Positions 11,942 to 22,379 of a DNA stretch of 64,000 nucleotides are shown one piece after another. A program made the translations under genes and the position numbers. Positions within the stretch are counted from its first letter, which is position 1. Every line of letters begins with the position of its first letter. The stretch comes from Phyllosticta citribraziliensis (Eukaryota): assembly GCF_038025025.1 (NCBI RefSeq), contig NW_027117353.1:124001-188000 (forward strand), written 5' to 3'. Under the pieces are notes generated by a model. It saw only the letters and a list, made by a program, of their open reading frames with translations. It searched no databases and was not told the DNA's origin.

Positions 11942-12844
11942 TCAGTCCGCGGTCGCCTGCGGTGTATGCGGTTGGCCCCCAGTCGCTTCACGCCCCTCAG
12001 CATCGTCTGTGTTGGCTACCGGTACCCACTCACCATCATTCCCCAACGACTCGATTTCGAAGACACAGTCCACCAGTTCCCCCAACGTCGCGGGCATCCT
12101 TTTGTCGCCATGCGGCTCGATCTCTAACCTCTCCTGCCAGACCCCGGGAAGACGTTGGAACAGCGATACGACCTCGAGAGATCGGTTGTGGCACCCTCTG
12201 CGGTTGGAGTGAAACAGAAATCTTGGCAGGAACTCTGAGAAGCTTTGTCCTAGTTCGAGTCGAAGAAAACGGAAATGGAGATCGGCTGTACTGAGTGCGC
12301 GATCTTTTGGTGGCAGAAAAATCTCGTCCAAATCGCGTAGAGCGTTTTTGAATGAGAGTGGTCGAAGTCTGCGTGCCTTCTTCTGGCGACGGCGATAGCC
12401 GTACCGGTCTTGAAGGAAGCGGCGCATCCAGCCATGGGCGCTTTCGATGAGGTAGTCCAGCTTGCGATCTTCGTTGTGGAACCATCCATCATGGTCCGCG
12501 ATCGTCCTGACCAGTTTTTCAGACCAATCCTCGTATCCTTCGCGATTCAATTGGACATCATCCTCGAGGGGAAAAGGTTTCGACACAGAGGTTGGTGCTC
12601 GGTAGTCCAATCTCGAGCGGATGGCTTCATTTTCTTCCTCGATCGTTCTGAGCGAGTCGACTTTGTCTTCGAGGGAGTCGACTTTTTCTTCGAGGTCCTG
12701 GATATGGTTTCTAAGATGACCGAAAGTTCTGAAGGAGCACCTGGGGCATGAGCAAGATGGAGAGTCGTTCATCGGTGCAGTGTTGATGTTTTCTAATTCA
12801 GCTGCACTTCTGAAGTCGTCGGAGTGTACGGAGTGCTGTGACAT
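11942..12844 (-). CDS. Intronless hypothetical protein resembling a retrotransposon Gag capsid (coiled coil + CA-like domain), without pol
   Basis: ATG in ctaccATG context; heptad region LEEKVDSLEDKVDSL; Gag-like pattern YEDW...F..EDRKLDYL...A.GW...F...L..L...F; major-homology-region-like FLRLELGQSFSEFLPRF. Confidence 0.55.
   Translation of the reverse strand: MSQHSVHSDDFRSAAELENINTAPMNDSPSCSCPRCSFRTFGHLRNHIQDLEEKVDSLEDKVDSLRTIEEENEAIRSRLDYRAPTSVSKPFPLEDDVQLNREGYEDWSEKLVRTIADHDGWFHNEDRKLDYLIESAHGWMRRFLQDRYGYRRRQKKARRLRPLSFKNALRDLDEIFLPPKDRALSTADLHFRFLRLELGQSFSEFLPRFLFHSNRRGCHNRSLEVVSLFQRLPGVWQERLEIEPHGDKRMPATLGELVDCVFEIESLGNDGEWVPVANTDDAEGREATGGQPHTPQATAD
12654..12695. repeat. 21-bp tandem duplication (1 mismatch) encoding one extra coiled-coil heptad
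   Basis: GAGTCGACTTTGTCTTCGAGG followed by GAGTCGACTTTTTCTTCGAGG. Confidence 0.9.
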
Positions 12845-14145
12845 GGTAGTGAGTGCGAAGAGGATGGTGGTAGCAAAGTGATGGTAAGATATGTTCGGTT
12901 GTAAGAAGCGGTGATGGTTGACTTTAATCAAGCTCGACGAAACGTGTCTTTAAGTCATTTCTTCTGCAGCCAGGAGCAGCCACAGTTGCTTGCTGGCAGG
13001 TGTCATCGTCGTGAGATGTAGGGGCAGCATGCCTGCTCCAAAAGGAAGTGGGAGCTTCCCGCAACGGAAGCGGTCGCGCAGACGCTCTGCTCGGAGTTTA
13101 CTGGTGTCCGATCTCCCCTCAATGCCTTCCTTAACAGAGACACGTTTAGAGCACCCTGATCAAAGTCCAAGCGCCATGGTTCTGGCGCGAATCACAAGTT
13201 CTGCATTCGTAGACAGGTTTGTTTTGACTGCGATACCCAGACCACACTGAATCGGAGCTCAGACTCAACCTTAGCCATATCCTTGATGCTGCAAATCCCA
13301 ATAATCTGTTTCCACGTGCTGTCAGAGTCTTCCAAATGTTTTACACGAGCAAGTCGAAGGCTTACCTCAAAACGAACTTGGTATCGACGCTATATTTAGC
13401 GTCGTTTGACAGGATTCACTTGCACATTTATGCTTGGCTGCTTACCACGGGAAGGATAAATGGTGAGAATAAATCCGAGATTCACATCCGCTTCAAGAGA
13501 GCAACGAAGTCAGAAGGCTCGACTTCCGGAGGGCGTCCAAGGCTTGGTTATGAAGGTCGTGGCACACACAAGAGCAGAGAATCAGTCTCGCCTATCAGGG
13601 AGTATTCGTACGCTGTAACTGCGACTGGCAGGGAGAATTCAAGCGTCGAGTGTACTGATTGGGGGGTCGTGTTTGCCACGACTTTTGCTACCAAGCCTCA
13701 GTCATATTCGATGGAAGTGCAACACCTTGCTCTGGGATTTCTTCAGCCATCAGCCTCCAGTTTTGTCTCCGGGATTCGCTTCACTTCCTGGCCGCTGGAT
13801 TCTGCCCTTTGCCCAAAGGAACGCCATTTCGGTCGAATCTGTACGCAGTTTGCGTTTGGTGTTGATTAGTGTTAGTCAAAACCTGATGGCGAAGTTGGTG
13901 CCTTGCCGTCCACTGGGTGGTCGCCGACTGCTTTTCCGGCCATGTCTCCGAAACGGTCTCTAGCTCCCTAAGTTGACAGGTCGGGTCGCCGACCAGCCGT
14001 GCTAGCATCAGACAGACCGCGTGTTGGGAGCCCAGCGAGCCTAATGCATTTTGCTTATCCATAAACGCGGTATAAGACTGTTGCAGCAAGTCCCCAATTC
14101 TGATTTTGAGTGTAGTGTCTTTGTTTCTTTTCGGGGATTTCCAAC

Positions 14146-14930
14146 ATGGGGCTCATTGAATACCTCTCCTTTCTTTTCGCGACCTTGTCAGTGCAAGTCT
14201 GCGCGCATGGCAATCAGTTCGGTCTCGTTGGCCCTCAGAACCTCATGCTTTTTCTGAACGGGTTCCATTTCATTTCTGGGGAACCAAACCACTACCTTCA
14301 AGCAAACCACCACTGCGCGATCATGAATGAGGAATTTATCCAATGCACGATATACGTACCTGGGACCAATCCTGCTCGTTTGGCAGGAGTCGAGTACATC
14401 ATCAGCGGCGACGCGTTCTCCAGATTACCCATGGGAGAGAGGCAACTTTGGCATAGCCACCAGTTCGAAGTAACGAGCGGATTCCTCGTCCAGCCAGGGA
14501 TGCCTGGACCCGTTGACAATGAAGTCATGAAGATTCTGGTCAACAGTTATGGAAAGGTATGCTGGTGACGACATAGCAGCGTATCGCCTGTTGTTGACTT
14601 GCGCAGACTTTCCATACGTGGCGCTGGGATCAAAAAGACAACGAGCTCCCGTTGGGTATCCCGGAAATAGTGAACGGCTACACGGGACCCGGCCAACTTC
14701 CGCAGGCTTTCGTGGACAAACGCGACGAGTACTTCGGTGTGAACAGCACCGACATAAGCAGCCGAAGAAGAGCAGCCAACATAACGGCGCCCCCAGTGCA
14801 GCGCGGGGCGGATATTTGGAAAGAAGGAATCATCTTGACTCTGGATTTGAAAAATGAGACGAGCAAGAAGAAGCCATTCGAGTGCGAGTCGGAGATGGAG
14901 TTGATGGTCCAAATCAAGGGCAAGGGCTGA
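14146..14930 (+). CDS. DUF1264 (oil-body-associated protein-like) family protein with probable signal peptide (intron 14557-14606)
   Basis: LNGFH...ANHHC...QCTIY...ARLAGVEYIIS...LP..ERQLWHSHQFEV.SG.L..PG, and spliced YGK|TFHTW, match the DUF1264 pattern. Confidence 0.85.
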
Positions 14931-15072
14931 GCATAGTGTCGTCGTCGTGATCAGAGTGTTGGAACCGTTGCGCAAGGAGTGTCGTCGGTGTGTTGTGTAG
15001 CATTGTAGATGGTTTGAGCATTCAGAGCCGTGAGTGTTGATAGATTGCCAGCGGTGAAGAGAACCAAAGAAT

Positions 15073-15096
15073 CGCTTCGCTTCGCTTCGCTTCGCT
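15073..15096. repeat. (CGCTT)n pentanucleotide microsatellite
   Basis: cgcttcgcttcgcttcgcttcgct. Confidence 0.85.
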
Positions 15097-15195
15097 CCGT
15101 GTTCGGCTGAGCCCTAATCGATTGTCGGGCGGGAAGCCCGTGGGGAACGAATCGCGGGGCCGCTCCGTCCGTGAGCCTTTCACATGCAACACCAC

Positions 15196-15201
15196 CCGAG
15201 G
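15196..15201. promoter_or_regulatory. Putative FarA/FarB fatty-acid response element (CCGAGG = CCTCGG reverse complement)
   Basis: Exact hexamer ~120 bp upstream of the PXA1 ATG; fits a peroxisomal fatty-acid gene. Confidence 0.4.
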
Positions 15202-15319
15202 CTCTGCTTGGGACTTCTCTGCGCGTCTCCCCCCGTCATCATGAGCTTCTACATGCCACTTACAGACTCTTAGTTATCTCGTTCATTCTCACATCCCGTC
15301 TACCAAATGACGCGGCACT

Positions 15320-17875
15320 ATGGCCGCCCAGTCTTCTCTTCGCCATAGCGAAGATCCTCTTCTCGCCCTATGGAATCAGTACGCTACCAAGCTTCGAGCT
15401 CGAGCCGGGTCCATCTCCAAAACCACCAAGATCATCGCGACCATCTCCCTCCTTATCTCGATCATAGGCTCTGGTTATGGAGGACACAGGATATGGCGAC
15501 GCCGCAAGGCTGAGAGAGAGCAGGGACGGCGACTGCTGCGTCGCAACTCCGGTCTTCGCGGCAAGGATGGTTCGAGGACCATCTTTGTTCCAACCAAAGG
15601 CAACTCGACGTCCAAGGTCGTGATATATCCTACAAAACCAACCACATTCGACGCACATCGACGCTTGTTCTTGCAACCGCCGCGGGCGGCCGGGCTTAGC
15701 GATGGGTACACGCCGCAAGTACCTCCGCCGCAGACCAAGGCCGGCTTGAACTTGGCTTTCTTGCACCAGTTCCTCAGCCTGCTCAACATCATGATCCCGC
15801 GGTGGAATAGCAAGGAGACTGGACTGCTCCTCAGCCATGGAGTGTTTCTCTTGTTGAGGACATATCTCTCGTTGGTCGTGGCGCGACTAGACGGAGAGAT
15901 CGTCCGTGATCTTGTTGCCGGGCACGGCAAGGGTTTCCTCTGGGGAATCGCAAAGTGGTGTGGTATTGGAAGCTTTGCCTCTTACACCAACGCCATGATC
16001 AAATTCCTGCAGTCCAAGGTGTCCATCGCCTTCCGGACAAGACTGACCCGATACATCCACGATCTTTACCTCAACGAGAACCTCAACTACTACCGACTTA
16101 ACAATCTGGACGGTGGTATTGGCCAGGGTGCCGACCAGTTCATCACGCAGGACTTGACACAATTCTGCGAGGCCGCCGCCGCACTATACTCGTCTTTGGG
16201 CAAGCCTTTTGTCGACATTTGCGTTTTCAACTACCAGCTCTTCCGCTCCCTTGGTCCGCTCGCCTTGACAGGTCTCCTCGTAAACTACTTCACTACCGCC
16301 ACCGTCCTCCGTCGCCTGTCCCCGCCGTTTGGAAAGTTGAAAGCAGTCGAGGCCCGTCGCGAGGGCGATTTCCGAGCTCTCCATTCTCGATTGATAGCCA
16401 ACGCTGAAGAAGTCGCCTTTTACGGTGGCGATCAAATGGAGAGAACATTTTTGGACAAGGGCTTCAAGGAGCTCAAGGGCTGGATGGAGGGCATTTACAG
16501 CCTCAAGATCCGATACAACATGCTTGAAGATTTTGTTTTGAAGTACTCCTGGTCCGCTTTTGGCTACCTCATCACATCATTACCCGTCTTCCTGCCAGCA
16601 TGGGGTGGACTCGGCGGAGCCTCCGAGAGACTTGACCCAGGCGAGCGCAACCACCGCGAGCGTGGCCGCATGAAGGACTTCATTACAAACAAGCGACTGA
16701 TGCTCAGTCTCGCAGATGCTGGTGGAAGGATGATGTACAGCATCAAAGACCTCCAGGAGCTGGCAGGATATACCTCTCGAGTCTACACGCTCATTAGCAC
16801 GCTCCACCGAGTTCACGCCAATGCCTACTATCCTGCACCTGGTCAGCGTGTCGAGCTGTACTCGCTCGCAGATGTCCAAGGCACAGTACACAGGGGCTTC
16901 GACGGTGTGCGCTTGGAGCATGTCCCTGTTGTTGCGCCTGCGCTCTACCCAATGGGCGGAGAAGACCTCATCGCTAGCCTCAGCTTCATAGTACACTCCG
17001 GCGAGCACCTCCTCATCACTGGTCCCAACGGCGCTGGCAAGAGCGCTGTTTCGCGCATTGTGGCAGGTCTTTGGCCAACCTACCGCGGTCTCGTTTCGCG
17101 CCCTCGATGCAGTGGCACAGACGGAATCATGTTCCTGCCGCAGCGGCCGTACTTGAGCACCGGCACTTTGCGTGACCAGGTCATCTACCCTCACACGGCA
17201 GTGGATATGCAACAGGCGGGCCGCCGCGACTTCGAGCTCTCTCACGTCCTCGAGGCTGCGCGATTGGGCTACCTCCCTGACCGTGAAGGCGGTTGGGACA
17301 CTCGCAAGGTATGGCAGGACGTGCTCAGCGGTGGTGAGAAGCAGCGTATGGGTATCGCGCGTCTCCTGTACCATGAGCCGCGGTACGCATTTGTGGACGA
17401 GGGCACCAGTGCCGTCAGCTCTGACGTGGAAGGCCTGCTGTATGAAAACTGCAAGGCCAAGGGCATTAGTAAGTCGACTCCATGCCAGCGATCAAAGCGA
17501 CGCCCATGCTAACACACAAAACCAGCACTCGTCACCATCTCCACCCGCGCCTCTCTCAAGCGCTACCACACCTTCACGCTGACGCTCGGCCTCGGCGAGA
17601 ACGGCGACGAGTGGGACTTCCAGCGCATCGGCACGGCGTCCGAGAAGGACTCGGTCGAGAAGGAACTCGCCGAGCTGCGGGAGCGCCTCGAGAAGGTCGA
17701 GGAGTGGAAGAAGCGCCGCCAGGAGGTCGAAGAGGAGCTGGGCGCGGTGTGGGTCTCGGGCGGTGAGCAGCTGGCGCCGCCGGCTTATGAGGAGAAGGAG
17801 GGTGACAGCACGGTGGACCTGGGCAGAGAGCGGGACGATGTTGCTGTGGAGAGCGAGCCGGAGCCGGGGCGGTAG
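15320..17875 (+). CDS. PXA1: Peroxisomal long-chain fatty acyl-CoA ABC half-transporter (ABCD family) (intron 17469-17525)
   Basis: EAA-like motif ANAEEVAFYGG; Walker A GPNGAGKS; FLPQRPY; signature LSGGEKQR; Walker B FVDEGTSAVS; spliced ITLVTISTRASL tail ending in TAG at 17873-17875. Confidence 0.92.
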
Positions 17876-18069
17876 GGTGGTTGCGTTCTGTCTTGATTCG
17901 CAGGATGTGCTGCGGTTTGCTGTTCCAGGGGCGAGGCGGGTGTTGCGTGTAAGGTACAACGGGCAGACTGGATCAATTATGACACAGGCCGGCATGCATT
18001 CTTGACAATTGAAAGACGATCTTTAAAGCTGAAATTAGAAACAAAGTGCTAGCAGCATAAAGCTTCCCC

Positions 18070-19413
18070 TCATTGCGGGCCAGCAATCAGGCACTTGATA
18101 GCCTTTCCCTCCTTAACGCTCCGGAACGCCTCCTCGGCGTCTTCAAACTTGACCTTCTTCGTAATCAGGCTCTTAACTTCCAGCTTCCCCGACGCAATCA
18201 TGTCCACGACCAGCTGGTAATCGCCGGTGGAGTAGCGGAAAGATCCCGTCACGGTGAGCTCCTTGCTGCACACGGCGGTGATGGGGAAGGTGATCTCGGA
18301 CTGTGCGATGGTCAATGGCTTGAGTTCTGTGCAAAAGGGACGGCGAGAGCGCGACATACCTTGCCGTTGCCAGCCTGCGTAAACCGGCCTCCCATCCTGG
18401 CAACGTGGATAGCCGTCTGTATGCAGACCTCGGCGCCACTAGCATCAATCGCGACGTCGGCACCGCCGCCCAGCTCAGTCTCCAGCTTCATCCTCTCGGC
18501 GTTCTCGGCCGGGCTGGCCCTGTCCGCCTTGAAGCTGTGCGTCGCGGCATACTCGAGCGCAAACTGCAAGCGGTCCTCGTTGACGTCGACGGCGACGACC
18601 TTCTTGGCGCCAAAGACGTCGCGCGCGACGCGGCAGCACAGCAAGCCGACGGGGCCCGCGCCAAACACGACGACGCTCTCGCCCGGCGCGACCTTGGCCA
18701 TGCGGCAGATGTGAACGGCGACGGCGCTGGGCTCGACGAGGGCGCCCTCCTCCAGGCTGACCGACTCGGGCAGCTTGTAGCAAAAGTCCTCAGGGAGGCT
18801 GTAGAAGCGCGCGAGGGTGCCGTCGTAGGGCGGCGTCGCGGCGAAGCGCATGTCCGGGCACTGGTTGTACGTGCCCGCCTTGCAGCGCACGCAGTAGCGG
18901 CATGGTATGCCAGGCTCCATGGCCACGCGGTCGCCCACCTTCAGCGACTTGACGGCGGGCCCGACGGCCGAGATTAGGCCTGCGGATTCGTGCCCGAGCA
19001 CCATGGGCGACTTCACGACGAAGTCGCCGATCCGCCCGTGAGTCCAGTAGTGGACCTACGTTCACCCCCGCTGTGTTGGTTCATGATTCGGTAAGGACGG
19101 ATGGGCGTGGAGTGGTCGACGTACATCGCTGCCGCAAATGCCTGTGTATTGCACGTTGACCTGAGGTGTTGAGGTTAGCTGGGGTTCGCGAGGCCGCGGT
19201 GTCCAGGGAGCGTTGGGGTTGTCGCGTACAATCACATCGTGCGGGTCCTTGATCTCCGGAATTGGTCTGTCTTCAAATTTGACGGCGCCGGGCTTCTCGA
19301 GGACGAACGAAAGGTTCTGCGGTTCGCGATGTTGAGGTTAGCTGCCAGCTTTTCCTGGGAACGCGTGGAGTGCGGGGTAGGATGGAGGGGCAGCGGGGCA
19401 CCTTTTCTCCCAT
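18070..19413 (-). CDS. xdhA: NAD-dependent xylitol/sorbitol dehydrogenase (D-xylulose reductase), zinc medium-chain dehydrogenase, 5 exons
   Basis: Spliced NLSFVLEKPG..KFEDRPIP; GICGSD|VHYW; PMVLGHES; C..C..C..C structural Zn site; FAATPPYDGTL; GAGPVG; GSFRY; four GT..AG introns read by eye. Confidence 0.9.
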
Positions 19414-19673
19414 GGTGACGTTCCAAAAGCGTTGTTAGAGGTCAATTGGATTGCAAATGGCTTTAGGACGCGTCTGAAGTGTTGAGAGGAGGTTGATATA
19501 GGGAGAGCTGCAACGGAGAAACTAGGAGCCAACGCATGCCTGATCCCAATCCCTTTCCGTCTGGTGATGGTGGTCGATGCACTGCGTGCCCCGCGGATGA
19601 CGACATGGGTGGTGCGTTGATTCGCCGTATCAACGACACGCGAATGCGAGCCAAATCCGACTGGTGCATTCAC

Positions 19674-19698
19674 CCGGAATAATTATCCGGCTCTAGCC
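19674..19698. promoter_or_regulatory. Candidate XlnR/AraR element cluster upstream of xylitol dehydrogenase
   Basis: Near-palindrome CCGGAATAATTATCCGG containing CGGATAAT on the minus strand, next to GGCTAG (minus strand, 19693-19698), ~260-285 bp upstream of the ATG. Confidence 0.45.
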
Positions 19699-19848
19699 AT
19701 TCAGGTCGTCGAGCTGATAAAGGGAGTCATTGTCTCTCTAAGTCTCGTATATGCATCGTCTATCGTATAATTCAACGGCAGCCCACAACGACAAGCACAC
19801 AGTTTTTGAAGCGCCCATTTCCATGCTCGAGGAAGATGAAGAACGTGG

Positions 19849-21085
19849 TCATTCCTCGGATTCAAGCTGAAGAAATTCCCGGATGAGCTGATGATGAGAC
19901 TGTGCCATGTCCTGCGCAGGTTCGACATGTTCGTCGTGCTCCACAGCATGAGCCTCGCTGGCATCGAGGCTCTCATGACCCCAAACAGTCCACCAGCAGC
20001 GCACCGCTTTTCGGCCGTCGGGACCGCCCCAGTCGTCGTAACCAGTCTCGTAACCTTCGGCATAGATCCGAAGGCCAATGGCTTGCATCCTGGAAAAGAA
20101 GTCCTCAACCTGCGGCCGGTAGGCTGATCGAAGAGGCAGTTCAATCACCGCTCTTGCCGATTCAACCCGAGACAGCCAGAATGCGATGGTCTGCACGAGA
20201 AGTACAGGGTGTTCGGGGGAGTACAGTGGGTCAGCAGCCAGAATGACATCGAATTTCGAGTCACCCTTGTGGTGAGCATGCTTCACGGCACTTGGTGAGA
20301 GCATCATGGTAGACGGCGTGGTCCAGTCGAGAATCGCGGAAAAGGCGTTTCCATTGTGCTCCTCCAATATGTCTCGATTTGAGTCTATGTTTCGGTCCAC
20401 GTTTTCTATTATCTCGGGGAGGTCTGTGAGAATCACCTCAGCTCCAATGGCGGCAGCCGCAGCAAGCCCCACAAGGCCAGTCCCGGAACCAAGCTCGAGG
20501 ATGGTTGGCGGGTCAGGTTTCCCACTGAAGGGAAACAGTCTCCTGTTGTCAGCCAGCCGATGCAGCTTCTTTGCCAAGAGGTATGAAGAGGCCCAGGTTT
20601 TTAATCCGAGGTTGTCGCCAGTTAGCGGAGGCTCGTAGATTTGTATGTCTTCTCCCGCGCCCTCCTTGGTAAGAGGGATCCAGAACTTGCGCGAGATGGC
20701 ACCCATGCCTGTTCGTCCAGATCTTTCGCTCAAGCGGATGCTTGCTGCTTCCCAAATTTCCACTTTGGTGTCCTCGTCTTGTATCCAGCGCAAGTCACTC
20801 GCAATTATTCGTGTAAGGTAAGCGGCAAGGCCCTCGGGGTTGATCTGTGGAGGAGTAGCTTTCACGGCGCTCGTCTTTCGTCGTCGTCTTGTTTCCAGGC
20901 CCAGGGAGAGCTCTTCGTCTTCGGAATCGCTGCATTCCCACGATGGCGGCTCCGAGGTCAACAAGGTCAGGGTGTTGAGGAGTTCCTGGGCCGAAGGGCG
21001 TGTGTACAGCTGCGGTAAGTCAAGGACTGTCTTGGAGTTAGCAGGCGTTTGCGTTGCGCGACAGTCGGTGCATACCATGTAGCAT
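19849..21085 (-). CDS. Seven-beta-strand protein lysine methyltransferase, Rrg1/Efm2-like (intron 21027-21075)
   Basis: Spliced start MLHVLDLPQLYTRPS; RLSERSGRT; EPPLTGDNLGLKTWASS; motif I ILELGSGTGLVG; LTDLP; LDW; ILAADPLY. Confidence 0.88.
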
Positions 21086-21361
21086 TTCGCCGGCAGTCTC
21101 GCGGTTATTGTTGGCCATGATCTGTGGATTTTAAAGCGCCGCAGTTGAGAGAGAAGAAAGAGCTGGACCCTTGGTTCACAGGAAAACCACAGGGCGTGGC
21201 CCATGCGCAATCTCACCGATTGTCACTTGCCGACATGGAGCCGCCTGTGGCTGAAGAGACCGCGGCGCCGCGCCTTGACGGGAGCCATGGTAGTGGTGGT
21301 GCCGAGCCATCGCAGATGAGGCGCGACACCTGTGAGCTACAAAACGTTTCGTAAGTTTTCT

Positions 21362-22176
21362 TCATTTCAAAACTGCCTTGAAGCCGTAATAGGCGCGGTC
21401 CATGTCGAAATGGAACTCCCGAGCTTGATCCTCAGAGAGTTGATCCGAGGCCTTCATCTGGTTCAGCGTGATGAGCCACTGTATTATCTTGCCCTTGTTC
21501 TCGAACTCCTTGTCTGTCACCCTGTTGACAGACTGAATTATGTCACCTAGGATTGGGTGAAGCACATCCTTTGCCAGCAAGCCCATCTTGATTGCGTCCA
21601 GCAAGGTGATGAAGTTTTCCGTAGCGGTGACGACTAGCGTAGCATCTGCAGAATCATTGCCGGGTGCAGCTGGTCTATGAGATGGTTGCTCCACTGTCGC
21701 TGGGATTCCCACTTTGAGCCGTTCGGTGGCTCGAGGACAATCGAGCTGCAAGAGTCAGCAATTCCTTCTACCTCTCCTGAGACAGGCTTTCAACCCACAT
21801 CCCATTCCCTCTTGAAGCTCTCCAGGTCCACAAATGTCTTTGTAACGGCTTCATTGGCGAGATTGGACTTGTATTGCTTGAGCAGTCGGCTGCAAGTGTC
21901 CGTGTATTCGCTTTCGGTTATCGAATCCTTTAGGTAGGCTTTCTCGAGTGCGTCAAGTGTAACTATGATGCTGTAAATCTCCGCAAGAGATTCGTAAAGA
22001 TCGCGCTCGGCGCTGGTCGTCGAGAGCTTGACTTCCTGTTGCTCGTGGTGAGCAGTTCAGTCGCGTGATGTGAGCTCTCTGCGCACCTCATCGAGATTGA
22101 TGGTTGCTGACAACGCAGACGTCGGAGTGTAGCTGTATGGCGTAGGCGCATAAGGCAATGGACGCTGGGAGTACAT
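21362..22176 (-). CDS. VPS28: ESCRT-I subunit Vps28 (2 introns)
   Basis: MYSQRPLPYAPTPY...INLDE|EVKL...ERDLYESLAEIYSIIVTLDALEKAY...; ATENFITLLDAIK; QAREFHFDMDRAYYGFK. Confidence 0.95.
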
Positions 22177-22379
22177 GATGCGTCTTGAATAGCTTTCGAG
22201 GTGTGATTCGGAGGTGCCGGTGGTCGAGGTGATCCGCACGGGGAGCCTGAGCTTCTCCGCAGTTGATGCCAAGCGACAGGGATCTCGGACACGCTAGTGA
22301 GAAATTTCCCATCACTACCTTCGCCGGCGCCTTCTTTTGCAGCTCTACACCCAATTTCGCCCGCCATAATCCGCCCACA

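Noticed and set aside
11211..14145. Complete LTR retrotransposon around the Gag-like ORF
   Set aside because: No protease, RT (YxDD), RNase H or integrase motifs in the neighbouring ORFs and no terminal direct repeats seen by eye
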